A program made the position numbers and the translations under genes. Below the pieces are notes generated by a model that searched no databases, was not told the DNA's origin, and saw only the letters and a program-made list of their open reading frames with translations. A DNA stretch of 64,000 nt from a virus. The stretch lies in the IMG/VR virus record IMGVR_UViG_3300029319_000007. One strand, given 5' to 3'. Position 1 is the first letter of the stretch; each line of letters begins with the position of its first letter. This document shows, piece by piece, positions 9,146-19,279 of the stretch.

Positions 9146-10780
9146 TTACCAACCTTTCTTGTACTTGATTGGTGTCCATGTCGTGCCATATGGGTCTTGA
9201 AAACTTTCAGATTCTTGTAATCCATCATCTACAAAACCAAAAGGCGCCATATCTTGTTCTAACATTTTTGATTGTTCATCTACAAGTCTTGCTCTTATAT
9301 CTTGATCTGTCAATTCTTTAAAATATGTTTGATTAGATAACCACGCAAACATAACAAGACACGCAACTAAATCATCATTAGCACCTTCTTCTGCTTCATA
9401 CTTTTCTTTACCTTTAAGTATGTAAGTTGATAATTCACTAATAATATCAAAATCTTGTATAATGAGTTTATCATGTTCAATTAGTGTTTTTAAGTTTGAA
9501 CAACCTATTTTTTTTACTGCCTTAGTAGTTCTTAATCCTAATTGTGATTGTCTACCACTAAAACCTGTACCTGCGATTTGACCTGATCTACCTCGTTGAT
9601 TAACCATAATAAGATTATCATATTCTAAATCATATTGTAATGTGTCTGCAACTTGACCACCTATATCATTTACTTCAACTAATACCTCTGCATTGTTATA
9701 TGATTTTGCAATCTTGTAAACTATCTGAGGAAATACTAAAGGTTTTATTTCATTGTTTTTATATTTTGCGACAATATTATAAGGTATTCTTGTTGCGTCA
9801 ACAACAACAAATGCTGAATTATCGTTTACTGTGCCTCTCGCAACATCAACTGTAATAACATATCTCTTATCTTTTTTTGGTTCTTCATACATGTCAAGTC
9901 CTGCATTACTTGTTTTAGGATTAACATGAGACATTGTTCTTAATTTAGAACTATTGATTAATGTATCTACACTACCTAAGAACTCACACTCAAACTCTGT
10001 TTGAAATTGTTGTTCACTTGTATTCTTTATTGTTTCTTCTTTCCATTTTTCGTCACGACCAGGTACTTCTGACCAATGCACTTCAATGGGTTTATAACTA
10101 TTGCGTTCATGTATTGCGTCATTCCATAATTTGTAAAACATATTCATACCATGAGGTGTAGAAACTATCATAACTTTAGAACTTGTACCTGAAGATATTG
10201 TAGGATAAACTGAACTAAAAAATTGTTCTGCAATATTTGTAGGCACATATGCGAACTCATCTAAGAATATAATGTTGTATGAACCACCACGAACAGCACT
10301 AGAAGAAGTAGCAGCGGCAAGTATTCTACTACCGTTTTCTAATTCTAAACTACCTTTGTTCCAATTAATTACACCTTGTTGTATAAACTTAGGTAAGTTT
10401 TCATATGCAAGTTGTAATCGACCTAATAAGTCTCTTGCAATCGCTGCTTTGTTTGCAAGTATTGCTATGTTAACATTAGAATTAAATATTGCATAATGTA
10501 ATAAGTATGCGATAATTGTTGTTGACTTGCCTGACTGTCTAGGCAACTTACATATACTAAAACGATTAGTATGAAATGTATCAACCATTTCTTTTTGAAA
10601 GTTAAACATCTTAAATGGTTGTAAACCATGATCAAGTGTCACTATCTTTAAATAGTTTTCTATAAAGTAAATAGGGTTATCTTGACAGCGTATAAATTCT
10701 TCAACTTGTTTTTTTGTGAATTTAACTTTTTGATTTGCTGCCTTTAGATTAGGATTACCTAGATAAGTTTTATTTTCCAT
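9146..10780 (-). CDS. gp17: Terminase large subunit gp17
   Basis: Walker A PRQSGKST, Walker B IIFLDEFA, STPHG, nuclease DVARG and DDLV; no intein. Confidence 0.98.
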   Translation of the reverse strand: MENKTYLGNPNLKAANQKVKFTKKQVEEFIRCQDNPIYFIENYLKIVTLDHGLQPFKMFNFQKEMVDTFHTNRFSICKLPRQSGKSTTIIAYLLHYAIFNSNVNIAILANKAAIARDLLGRLQLAYENLPKFIQQGVINWNKGSLELENGSRILAAATSSSAVRGGSYNIIFLDEFAYVPTNIAEQFFSSVYPTISSGTSSKVMIVSTPHGMNMFYKLWNDAIHERNSYKPIEVHWSEVPGRDEKWKEETIKNTSEQQFQTEFECEFLGSVDTLINSSKLRTMSHVNPKTSNAGLDMYEEPKKDKRYVITVDVARGTVNDNSAFVVVDATRIPYNIVAKYKNNEIKPLVFPQIVYKIAKSYNNAEVLVEVNDIGGQVADTLQYDLEYDNLIMVNQRGRSGQIAGTGFSGRQSQLGLRTTKAVKKIGCSNLKTLIEHDKLIIQDFDIISELSTYILKGKEKYEAEEGANDDLVACLVMFAWLSNQTYFKELTDQDIRARLVDEQSKMLEQDMAPFGFVDDGLQESESFQDPYGTTWTPIKYKKGW

Positions 10781-11174
10781 TTTTCTTTATCAACTTTTGT
10801 AATTCTGCTGTTGAACCTACAAACAAATTATTTTCAACTTTGTTAGGTGCTTTCTTTGTTTCTTCACCTAACTTTTTCATTTTTTCTTGTAGTTGTAAAA
10901 GTTTTTCTGTGACTTCACCCACATTTTTAATTAACTGACCTGCAACTTCATATGTTCTAGGATGCTCTGTTTCTTTTGCAAGTGTTAATATACCATCAAT
11001 AGCGTCTTGTCCTCTCTCTACAAGATTATACAAATTCTCACGACTATATTTGTAATCGTTAGTGATATCCTCTTGTTCTTTAGGACGAGGTATTACAGTT
11101 TTACTTTCAACAGGTACGACATCTTTTTCTGCAATGTCTAATATCTCGTTGAGTTTATCCTCAACTTTTTTCAT
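10770..11174 (-). CDS. gp16: Terminase small subunit gp16
   Basis: DYKYSRENLY, HPRTYEVAGQLIK, NNLFVGSTAELQK. Confidence 0.95.
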   Translation of the reverse strand: MKKVEDKLNEILDIAEKDVVPVESKTVIPRPKEQEDITNDYKYSRENLYNLVERGQDAIDGILTLAKETEHPRTYEVAGQLIKNVGEVTEKLLQLQEKMKKLGEETKKAPNKVENNLFVGSTAELQKLIKKNGK

Positions 11175-11992
11175 TACGAATCTTTATCAGTACCAGAAAC
11201 AGGATCATATGTGTCAGCGTCTTGAAAGAAAGAACGCTCTTCGTTAAATCCAAAGTTATCATCAGCGTCTGCTGTTGTAGGCGTTGGTGTAATAACTATT
11301 CTTTGTTCTCTCTTAGGTGAGTTAACTGCCACATCTGTGTATTGATCAACTTGAACTCTCTTAATAACTTTTTGACTTGTGACAGGTCCATATAAGTACA
11401 TCTTTGCTGTAAAGTTTAAAGTATACATTAATACTCGTCTATCTGTAAACGCACCGTCATAAGTATCTTCGTATGCTACATCATTTAAAACGATAGGTAC
11501 ATCACGAACAATATCTAATGTTGGCATAACATTTAAAGTTATTGTGTAATCTGGTTGAAACATAGGTAATATTTGTTCTACTATTTGTAATGCGTCTTCA
11601 CTATTTTTCGCCATCGCAAATAAAGAAAAACCTACATTATAAGGTACAGGCATAAATGCATGTTGTAATGATTTACTGTCTGAGGTTTTTACCTTTTTAA
11701 ACTTTTGTATTCTATTTAATTTTCTACCTGGGTCATACTGCAAGTTTGTCATTTCAAAACCTAATCTAGGTAATGTAATTGATGTTGTCTTTGGATCTGC
11801 AGCAGAACGAGCAGTATCATTATCTATTCTTTGTAAAAATTTTTGTTTTGGTCCATACGCCAAAGGTACTTTCATTTTTTGTATTGTTTTACCAGTTGAA
11901 TTTTTACGATATACATACATATCGTTGAATAAAGTACCAAACGCAACAACGGTCTTTCGTATCAATTCATGGTATTGAGCATCCTTAAACAT
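11174..11992 (-). CDS. gp15: Tail sheath stabilizer/terminator gp15
   Basis: FGTLFND, VPLAYGPKQKFL, QIVEQILP.FQP. Confidence 0.95.
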   Translation of the reverse strand: MFKDAQYHELIRKTVVAFGTLFNDMYVYRKNSTGKTIQKMKVPLAYGPKQKFLQRIDNDTARSAADPKTTSITLPRLGFEMTNLQYDPGRKLNRIQKFKKVKTSDSKSLQHAFMPVPYNVGFSLFAMAKNSEDALQIVEQILPMFQPDYTITLNVMPTLDIVRDVPIVLNDVAYEDTYDGAFTDRRVLMYTLNFTAKMYLYGPVTSQKVIKRVQVDQYTDVAVNSPKREQRIVITPTPTTADADDNFGFNEERSFFQDADTYDPVSGTDKDS

Positions 11993-12002
11993 TGTTTATC
12001 TC

Positions 12003-12869
12003 CTATTTTCTTACATCACCAAAAGGATTGTTTTCTGAGAAATCAAATATATCATTATCTGAATCAAAGTCATCTAATCCCGCTGCTGTGTCAAATGCTT
12101 TATTATCTGCGTCACTAGTATCAGTTATCATATTCTCTGTGACTGCGTCTTCTAATATTATATATTCTAGATAGTTAGGGTCATCTTCAAGTATGATGTT
12201 ATCACTATCAGTTTCATCAACAATTGTATCGCCTGCTTCTGATAATAATACTTGTACATCACCTGTTATATTTTCTGATAGTAATGAACCTGATGAAGTT
12301 GTGCCACTTTCTAATGATATTTGATTTTCTAAAACATCTAAAGTGACTGTATCTAATCTGTCATCTATATCTTCTACACCAGTTTCAACACTTTCTGAAC
12401 TATATTCCCACATAGAACATTTAAGTTTGAAGATAGGCAGATCATTAATCTGATACATAGGATCTTCATCTTCAACAAAATCAATCTGCCAAAACTTTTT
12501 AAATAATGGCATCCATATAATATCACCTTCTCTAGGTCTATTAATTGAAAGTGTGTTTGATGTATTATCTACTAATATTTCGAATTGTCTTCTTGAAACA
12601 ACGAAAGTTAATTCATCTCTAACTTCTATGCCAAACTTACCTACTAAATCACCTTGACCTGCAAAACCATTTACATCTTCAACATACATCTCAATAGAGT
12701 ATGCGTCAGTAAATTTATCTGTAGTATTTCCTAAAATATCATCTCTAGATATTTCTTCTCTTGGCATGTAATACACATCATTGCCAAAGACTTTAAGTTG
12801 TTCTATTATTAAATCTTCGTAAAGTCTTTTTTCTGCATGTGTGCCATGTGAGAAATAAGTATTTCGCAT
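12003..12869 (-). CDS. gp14: Neck protein gp14
   Basis: DVYYMPR, KFGIEVRDE, RPREGD, C-terminal DFSENNPFG. Confidence 0.94.
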   Translation of the reverse strand: MRNTYFSHGTHAEKRLYEDLIIEQLKVFGNDVYYMPREEISRDDILGNTTDKFTDAYSIEMYVEDVNGFAGQGDLVGKFGIEVRDELTFVVSRRQFEILVDNTSNTLSINRPREGDIIWMPLFKKFWQIDFVEDEDPMYQINDLPIFKLKCSMWEYSSESVETGVEDIDDRLDTVTLDVLENQISLESGTTSSGSLLSENITGDVQVLLSEAGDTIVDETDSDNIILEDDPNYLEYIILEDAVTENMITDTSDADNKAFDTAAGLDDFDSDNDIFDFSENNPFGDVRK

Positions 12870-12873
12870 AGCA

Positions 12874-13701
12874 TTATCCTACCATGTAATTAGGTGGTAA
12901 TTCGTAAGAAAGTTGTATTTGTTCTTCTAACTTTGTAATCTCATCTAGTGCTTGTGTATAGATTTGTTCACCATTCATTTGAACGCCACCTAACATTGCG
13001 ACACCTTGAAACTTAGATAAGTTAGCACCCCATTGTTTTTTAATTAATTGTATTAGATATTTTTTTAAAAAGATATCATCAAATACATTTGTAAAGGTTG
13101 CAGGGTCTAATTTTCTATAACATTCTATAATTAAAAAATCACCTGCGTCAACATCATTTGCCCAATCCATATCAATGTACAATCTACTTTTATGTTGATT
13201 ATATCTTAATGGTTTTTCACCAACTAATATATGATCTAATAAATCTAAATGTCTTAGTGTCATATCATAATGAATAATACTTGTAGATGAAAAGTCATAC
13301 AAGTCATTTAATCTTAATTGATATCTTACATCAAATAAATTTAGATTTGCCTTATCAGTAAAAGGGAAAACTTGTACTACAGATACAACTGACGAAGGCA
13401 TAGGTATATAATTTTTACCTTCTTTGAAAACTGCTGTTACCGTACTATCTGCTGTATCTGTGACAGTAGATAATGTTTCATTTGCTCTTGCTCTGGTCAC
13501 ATCATCTGAGGTGACTTGATATTTAAGATACATTCTCTCAACACCATCATAGTGATATTGTGCGAAATATTGTAGCGCCTCGTCAATACGATCTTCTACT
13601 TGATCATCTTCAACATTTATCTCTATAACAGGTTTACCTAATGCTCTTAGACAATACTGTTTTAGTGTTTCTCTTGTAGTTATTGGGTTATTTTGTGCCA
13701 T
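12874..13701 (-). CDS. gp13: Neck protein gp13
   Basis: LKQYCLRALGKPVIEINV, QWGANLSKFQG..LGGVQMNG. Confidence 0.95.
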   Translation of the reverse strand: MAQNNPITTRETLKQYCLRALGKPVIEINVEDDQVEDRIDEALQYFAQYHYDGVERMYLKYQVTSDDVTRARANETLSTVTDTADSTVTAVFKEGKNYIPMPSSVVSVVQVFPFTDKANLNLFDVRYQLRLNDLYDFSSTSIIHYDMTLRHLDLLDHILVGEKPLRYNQHKSRLYIDMDWANDVDAGDFLIIECYRKLDPATFTNVFDDIFLKKYLIQLIKKQWGANLSKFQGVAMLGGVQMNGEQIYTQALDEITKLEEQIQLSYELPPNYMVG

Positions 13702-13720
13702 GTTATAGTCCTTATCTGAC

Positions 13721-13728
13721 TATTTATA
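13721..13728 (-). promoter_or_regulatory. Late promoter TATAAATA upstream of gp13
   Basis: Perfect box, followed by an AAGGA SD. Confidence 0.8.
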
Positions 13729-16332
13729 TTATCCTAATGCTATCGCTTGTGCAATTGCAAAAGAAGAAGACGCTTTTGCGTCTAATTGTGTTTGAATATT
13801 ACTAGAAACTCCATCTAAATGCCCTATTTCAGTAGAGGTTACGGCACTTACAGATACATCACCACTACCGTCTGAAACTAATGCTCTTGAAGCAGTTAAG
13901 TTTTCCATCTTACTAAACGCAATAGCAGCACTAGATTTAATGTCTGCATTTACTAAGTTTGTAATAGTGTTATTATCACTATCAATACTTTTGTTTGTAA
14001 GTGTATCAGTTGTTGCTTTACCTACTAAGGTATCAGTTGCATTTGGTAATGATACTGTTCTATCTGCTGTTGGGTCTACAACTGTTAATGTAGTTTCAAA
14101 ACTATCATTTGTTGCACCTTCAAATATCATAACTGCGTCTTCAAGTAAAGTTAATGAAGTACCTACAGTTGGCGTATTAATGATAGGACTTGTTAATGTT
14201 TTGTTTGTAAGTGTTTGACTTGCTGCAAGACCAACAAAACTCTCACTTTGTAATGCACTATTAAATTCTGATAAAGAACCAGTAAGTGTATTGTTTGCTA
14301 AATCAATAGATTTATTTGTGAGTGTTTCTGAACCTGTTAAAGAAGCAAAACTTTCTGATTGTAAAGCAGAGTTAAATTCTGCAAGTGAACCTGTAAGTGT
14401 ATTATTTGCTAAATCAATAGATTTATTTGTTAATGTATCAGTTGTTGCCTTACCTACTAATGTGTCAGTTGCGTTAGGTAATGTAATCGTTCTATCAGCA
14501 GTTGGATCTGTGACAGCAAGAGTTGTTTCAAAACTGTCTGCTGTACTACCTTCAAATACAATACTTGATGAGAAGACACCTGCTGATGTCACCTCTGATA
14601 AATTACCAGTTGTAATTACTGTACCTGAAACATTAGGAAAAGTTATTGTTCTATCTGCTGTTGGATCTGTGACAGCAAGAGTTGTTTCGAAACTATCTGC
14701 TGTGCTACCTTCGAATACAATAGTTGGACTATTGATTGTAGGTGAATTGATTGTAGGACTTGTTAATGTTTTATTTGTTAATGTATCAGTTGTTGTTTTA
14801 CCTACTAGTGTATCTGTAGTTGCAGGTAATGTTAAAGTTATATTGCCTGCAAACGCTGAGTGTGCTGGTGCTTGTAATCTAGCATAGTGTGCATTACTAC
14901 TTTCACAATAAAAATCTATTCGTGATTGTGTGCCACTATTTTTAAGTGATATAGAACCACTTTGTATATCTACATTACCATCTAATCTTACAACACCTGA
15001 ACCGTTAGGTGTAATTGCAATATTTCTATTCGAAGCAGATACGATAGCACTTGTTTCTACATCTAAGTCACCACCTAAACTAGGCGAACTATCGTCTGAA
15101 ACATTTGATAGACCTGCACCTGAAGCAGCAGTTGCTGATATAAATGATAAATTACCTGAACCGTCTGTTGCAAGTAGTTGATTTGCGTCACCATCATTAT
15201 TAGGTAAAACAAAACTTATATTACCTGAAATACTAGGCGAAACTAATGAAACATAATGTGAACCATCACTTGGGTCATATAATCTTAAACCTGCACTAGA
15301 AAAAGTACCTTTCGTGATTGATAAATCACCTGTAGTTGCACCAGTAAATGTACCAGTACCTACTGTAAACTCGTCAGCACTTTCATCAAAACCTATAAAG
15401 ACATTTGCACTACTACCTCTTTCACCTACAAGACCTACATCGCCTGAAGGTGTGCCAGATGTGCCAGTTGCTAATTCTATAAGTTTATCAGAAACAGTTG
15501 TATTAGTTGTAGATACAGTTGTTGTTGTACCATTGACTGTTAAATTACCTGTGACTGTTAGATTACCACCTATTGTCGGGTTATCTACAATACCTACTGT
15601 GACTGTACCTGAACTCTCTGCAACTGTAGTTTCATTTGTTGTACCAGCAAATGTTAATGTGCCACCTAATGATATAGCACTTGTATTAGAACCGTCTGAA
15701 ACTGTGATTGATGAATTACTTAATTTAGAATTGCCTATACTACCTGCAAGTTTAGAAGCAGCAATAGATCCTGCCAACATAGTATTTGTGACTGAACCTG
15801 TATCACCTGTAGTGACAATTGTACCTGTGACATTAGGTATTGTAATTGTTCTATCTGCTGTTGGGTCTGTGACTGTTAATGTTGTTTCAAAACTATCTGC
15901 TGTACTACCTTCAAATATAAAACTACCAGTTGTTGTTGCATTACCTGTAATCGCAGGTGTTGTTAATGTAGGACTTGTTAATGTTTTGTTTGTAAGTGTT
16001 TTAGATGTGCCAGAAAATAAAGTATCTAATTGTGCAAGTGTGACACGACCTTCAGTACCACCGTCTGATAATAAAAGTTTATCAGTTGTTGCTAGTGTTG
16101 CACTTTCTAGGTTAGTTGCACCGTCAATATTTACGATTGCCTCTACATTACCAAACTCTAATGCACTTGCACCAGAATTTACTTTTAATACTTGACCTGC
16201 ACTACCTATTGATAATGATACACCAAGACCACCATGTGTTAGACCTACAGTATCACCTGATTGAAATTCTGCTAGTCCTGTTGCGACATTACTGTCGTTA
16301 AAGACGGCTCTGATTGGTTTTTTATCTGCCAT
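13729..16332 (-). CDS. Long repetitive fibre protein (tail or neck fibre)
   Basis: Four FEG.T.DSFETTL.V.DPTADRT repeats, many TLTNK repeats, tandem 39-aa repeat, C-terminal AIAQAIALG. Confidence 0.8.
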   Translation of the reverse strand: MADKKPIRAVFNDSNVATGLAEFQSGDTVGLTHGGLGVSLSIGSAGQVLKVNSGASALEFGNVEAIVNIDGATNLESATLATTDKLLLSDGGTEGRVTLAQLDTLFSGTSKTLTNKTLTSPTLTTPAITGNATTTGSFIFEGSTADSFETTLTVTDPTADRTITIPNVTGTIVTTGDTGSVTNTMLAGSIAASKLAGSIGNSKLSNSSITVSDGSNTSAISLGGTLTFAGTTNETTVAESSGTVTVGIVDNPTIGGNLTVTGNLTVNGTTTTVSTTNTTVSDKLIELATGTSGTPSGDVGLVGERGSSANVFIGFDESADEFTVGTGTFTGATTGDLSITKGTFSSAGLRLYDPSDGSHYVSLVSPSISGNISFVLPNNDGDANQLLATDGSGNLSFISATAASGAGLSNVSDDSSPSLGGDLDVETSAIVSASNRNIAITPNGSGVVRLDGNVDIQSGSISLKNSGTQSRIDFYCESSNAHYARLQAPAHSAFAGNITLTLPATTDTLVGKTTTDTLTNKTLTSPTINSPTINSPTIVFEGSTADSFETTLAVTDPTADRTITFPNVSGTVITTGNLSEVTSAGVFSSSIVFEGSTADSFETTLAVTDPTADRTITLPNATDTLVGKATTDTLTNKSIDLANNTLTGSLAEFNSALQSESFASLTGSETLTNKSIDLANNTLTGSLSEFNSALQSESFVGLAASQTLTNKTLTSPIINTPTVGTSLTLLEDAVMIFEGATNDSFETTLTVVDPTADRTVSLPNATDTLVGKATTDTLTNKSIDSDNNTITNLVNADIKSSAAIAFSKMENLTASRALVSDGSGDVSVSAVTSTEIGHLDGVSSNIQTQLDAKASSSFAIAQAIALG

Positions 16333-16341
16333 ATCTTATAT

Positions 16342-17499
16342 TTAGAACTGGAAAAGAGTAGGGTCGCTATCTGCTAACGCACTACCATTTGCCAATGTAA
16401 AAGTTTTTGTTCCTGTAAATACAAACTTCTCATCAATAATAGCATTGAACTCAAAGTCTGTGTTTTTTGTTGATAATCCTCCTGCTGCACTAAAAAAAGG
16501 TATAACCCTTGATACTTGACCAGCGGCACCAGCACTACCAGTTGATACAACGGCAAGTTGATTATCACCTGCTTTTGAACCTGCAGGTAATGTCGCACCT
16601 GTTGCTGCGATTGCTATTGAACCTGTTCCGTCTGAACTGATTGTTGCACCACCTAGATTAATTGTTTCTCCTGCTAAGAATATATCTTTCCATCTTTTAG
16701 CAGAACTACCTAAACTTCTAGTGCCATTACCATCAGGTACGATATCTTGATCTACTGCTGATAAATCACTTGCGACTTCACCAAAATCAAACTTATCAGT
16801 TGATGAATTATACTTTAATGCAAAACCATTTGCTTTTGAACTGTCGTCAACATCATCTAATTTTCTTAGATTAACTTCACCACCGCCACCTATTGATGAC
16901 ATTTGTTGTGTGACTATATCTTTAAATTTTTGAAACTCTTTTTTAACTTCATCTAAAGAACCTAATTCAGGTTGTTCTTTTAATGATTTATTTTTACTTA
17001 ATTCTTTTGATGTTAAATCTACTATGGGCGAAATGGTCTTGAGCGTTTCTGTTTCTTCGGGTTGCCTGTGTTCCAAGGTGTCCACAGATTCTCTACTGTC
17101 CACAGATTTTTTTCTTGTTCTTTTCTTTTTAGGTTTTTCTTGACCTGGCGTAATTTCTTTCGTGTGGTCTGCATAGTCTTTGCCAATTTCATAACTTTCT
17201 TCTTTCTTTGTTTCTTTTGCAAGTTGTGATAGTTGAGATAATAAACCTACTTTATCTTCTTTAGTAGTGACCTCTGGTTCTTTAAGTAATTTCTTTTTAG
17301 GTTCTGGTTGTGGTACAGGTTTTACTTTTGTTACCTTTGCAACCTGAGATAATTCTGCCATCATAGTGGCAAAAGAACTATCTTGATTTAACTCTTTTAT
17401 TTTGTCTTGTTTCTTTTGTTCTTCTTCTTGACGAACTTTACTTAGTTCATCTAGTAAAGAACCTAGATCATTAGAAACATCAACATTATCTTTACTCAT
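16342..17499 (-). CDS. Hypothetical virion-associated protein: charged helical N-half, fibre-like C-half
   Basis: GGGGEVNLRKLDDVD linker, then a LGSSAKRWKDIF fibre motif. Confidence 0.6.
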   Translation of the reverse strand: MSKDNVDVSNDLGSLLDELSKVRQEEEQKKQDKIKELNQDSSFATMMAELSQVAKVTKVKPVPQPEPKKKLLKEPEVTTKEDKVGLLSQLSQLAKETKKEESYEIGKDYADHTKEITPGQEKPKKKRTRKKSVDSRESVDTLEHRQPEETETLKTISPIVDLTSKELSKNKSLKEQPELGSLDEVKKEFQKFKDIVTQQMSSIGGGGEVNLRKLDDVDDSSKANGFALKYNSSTDKFDFGEVASDLSAVDQDIVPDGNGTRSLGSSAKRWKDIFLAGETINLGGATISSDGTGSIAIAATGATLPAGSKAGDNQLAVVSTGSAGAAGQVSRVIPFFSAAGGLSTKNTDFEFNAIIDEKFVFTGTKTFTLANGSALADSDPTLFQF

Positions 17500-17501
17500 G
17501 A

Positions 17502-17867
17502 CTATCTTGTGACATTTGGTCTAACTGTCACTATCCCTTGTATTGGTCTTGTTATTGTACTATCAGAAGCAGTAATCTCAACATCATACACATATCTACC
17601 TTCTTCTAGAGCAGCAGTTTGTGTAGATGTTAAACTTAAAGTAATCTTACCAGTTGATGTATCTGAATCTATTGCAGTAGTAAAAGATGTTGATGATGAA
17701 GATGAATATGATTTACGAATCTGTGCCGCTGCTGAATAACCTGATAAATTAAGAATACTATCGTCTTGATATACTGTGATAACTGTACTAAATGTTGCAC
17801 CTTGATCCATTGTCAAATTTGCAATGGCAGCGACATTTGGGGCAGTCGTGACTGTGGTTGTTGGCAT
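17502..17867 (-). CDS. Small Ig-like/BppU-like structural domain protein
   Basis: DQGATF, LSGYSAAAQIRK, GKITLSLT..QT..L..GRYVYDVE. Confidence 0.7.
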   Translation of the reverse strand: MPTTTVTTAPNVAAIANLTMDQGATFSTVITVYQDDSILNLSGYSAAAQIRKSYSSSSSTSFTTAIDSDTSTGKITLSLTSTQTAALEEGRYVYDVEITASDSTITRPIQGIVTVRPNVTR

Positions 17868-17891
17868 ACTGAAATCTCCTGTTCATACTAT

Positions 17892-18566
17892 TTATGCTTT
17901 TTTCGCCGCCTTACCTCTAAACCATGCAGGTAAACCCACATGAGGTCTTCCATCATATATGTTATCTTCTGCACCTTTTGTTTTCGCATTATTGTAATGT
18001 AAGAAAACTTGACCACAATCTTCACCTTCAAATGCTTCACGCCAATGTTCACATAGATTACCTTTGTAAACTAACATATCTCCAGGTTTTAAGACAACTT
18101 TTTTACCGTCAGTCATATCTGAATGATACCTACCATCTTTTGCATAACCTTTTTTAGGATCATTTTCAATATAGATTGGCCATGGATCACCACCTAGATT
18201 TATAGTTGTTGAAATCTCACATGAGTATCTATCTTTATGTCTTTTCAACACATCACCTTTTTTATAGATACGAGCATATGAATATGTAGGTATTAAACTC
18301 ATACCTGTATGTTTTTCCATAACAGGTTGTGTCTTTAATAATAAAGTGTCCATTGCAATATCGCAATAGTGTGAGTATGTGTTTGGTACTTGTTCGTCAG
18401 ACCATACACCCCATTCTTCTGTAAATGGTGAAATAAATCTTTCATCAAACATTGTTCTTGCAACTTGTCGTTTCATTAAAAAATAATTATAGACAAATTC
18501 TGCTACTTTAGGTTCTACTGCTTTTTTAATTACAATATAATTGTTTTTATCAAATTCTGTTTTCAT
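17892..18566 (-). CDS. 2OG-Fe(II) oxygenase (HxD type)
   Basis: YSYARIY..GDVL.RHKDR...PGDML.Y.G...HWRE. Confidence 0.88.
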   Translation of the reverse strand: MKTEFDKNNYIVIKKAVEPKVAEFVYNYFLMKRQVARTMFDERFISPFTEEWGVWSDEQVPNTYSHYCDIAMDTLLLKTQPVMEKHTGMSLIPTYSYARIYKKGDVLKRHKDRYSCEISTTINLGGDPWPIYIENDPKKGYAKDGRYHSDMTDGKKVVLKPGDMLVYKGNLCEHWREAFEGEDCGQVFLHYNNAKTKGAEDNIYDGRPHVGLPAWFRGKAAKKA

Positions 18567-19276
18567 TGTCCTTTTACTCCGTTTACAATCTGATTGCGAA
18601 TTGCTTGAATATTAAAATGTATAAATCTAAAATCTTCATAACCATCATGTAAAGAATATTGATGTGGCATGTAAGAATTAAAAAATATTAATGTGCCAGG
18701 TTTAGGTACATAGTGTACTTTTTCATTTGCATAAGATAATTTAGTTGTATCTTTCTGTTTTAATCCTGTCATCAATGCACCTGGTCTAGGATCATGAAAA
18801 ATAGGTATTGATGTATTAGGTGAACATTTAAGATAATAAAAACCTGATATGTGATTATCAGAATGAATGTGTGTGTTATGATGACCGCCACCATGTTTAC
18901 TAAATTCTTGTACCCAACACTCTGTAAAAAACATTGTGTAATTAGACATATCAAAACCTTGTTCATCTAATATATTTCTTGCTGTATTACCACAATAATC
19001 AACAAACTCACTTAATGCAGGATCTCTTTCAATAGGTCCTGAATGATAAGACATGCCGTGATCTTTTACAGCATTATAATGTTTTGTGCCTAATTCTTTT
19101 TTTCTTTTTTCTTGGTGAGGTTTTTCTCTTTTGTATGCTTCTTTTATATGTTTGTCACATGCTTTATCAATTTTTTTAACCCATTGAGGTTTTTCAATTG
19201 TATATACAGGACAAGAAAAATAATTCTGTGTTTCTAATGTATCTATTTCATTTGTGTTATTAGTCAATAATGCCAT
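18563..19276 (-). CDS. 2OG-Fe(II) oxygenase (HxH, TIGR02466-like)
   Basis: W......HNTHIH...ISGFYYL, FHDPR, PGTLIFFNSYMPH. Confidence 0.88.
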   Translation of the reverse strand: MALLTNNTNEIDTLETQNYFSCPVYTIEKPQWVKKIDKACDKHIKEAYKREKPHQEKRKKELGTKHYNAVKDHGMSYHSGPIERDPALSEFVDYCGNTARNILDEQGFDMSNYTMFFTECWVQEFSKHGGGHHNTHIHSDNHISGFYYLKCSPNTSIPIFHDPRPGALMTGLKQKDTTKLSYANEKVHYVPKPGTLIFFNSYMPHQYSLHDGYEDFRFIHFNIQAIRNQIVNGVKGQ

Positions 19277-19279
19277 AAT

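Noticed and set aside
13940-16195. Long + strand ORFs opposite the fibre gene (also 39111-39440, 42297-42764 and the - strand 62536-63309)
   Set aside because: Antisense shadows of codon-biased Thr/Ser/Gly/Ala-rich genes; no SD or recognisable domain
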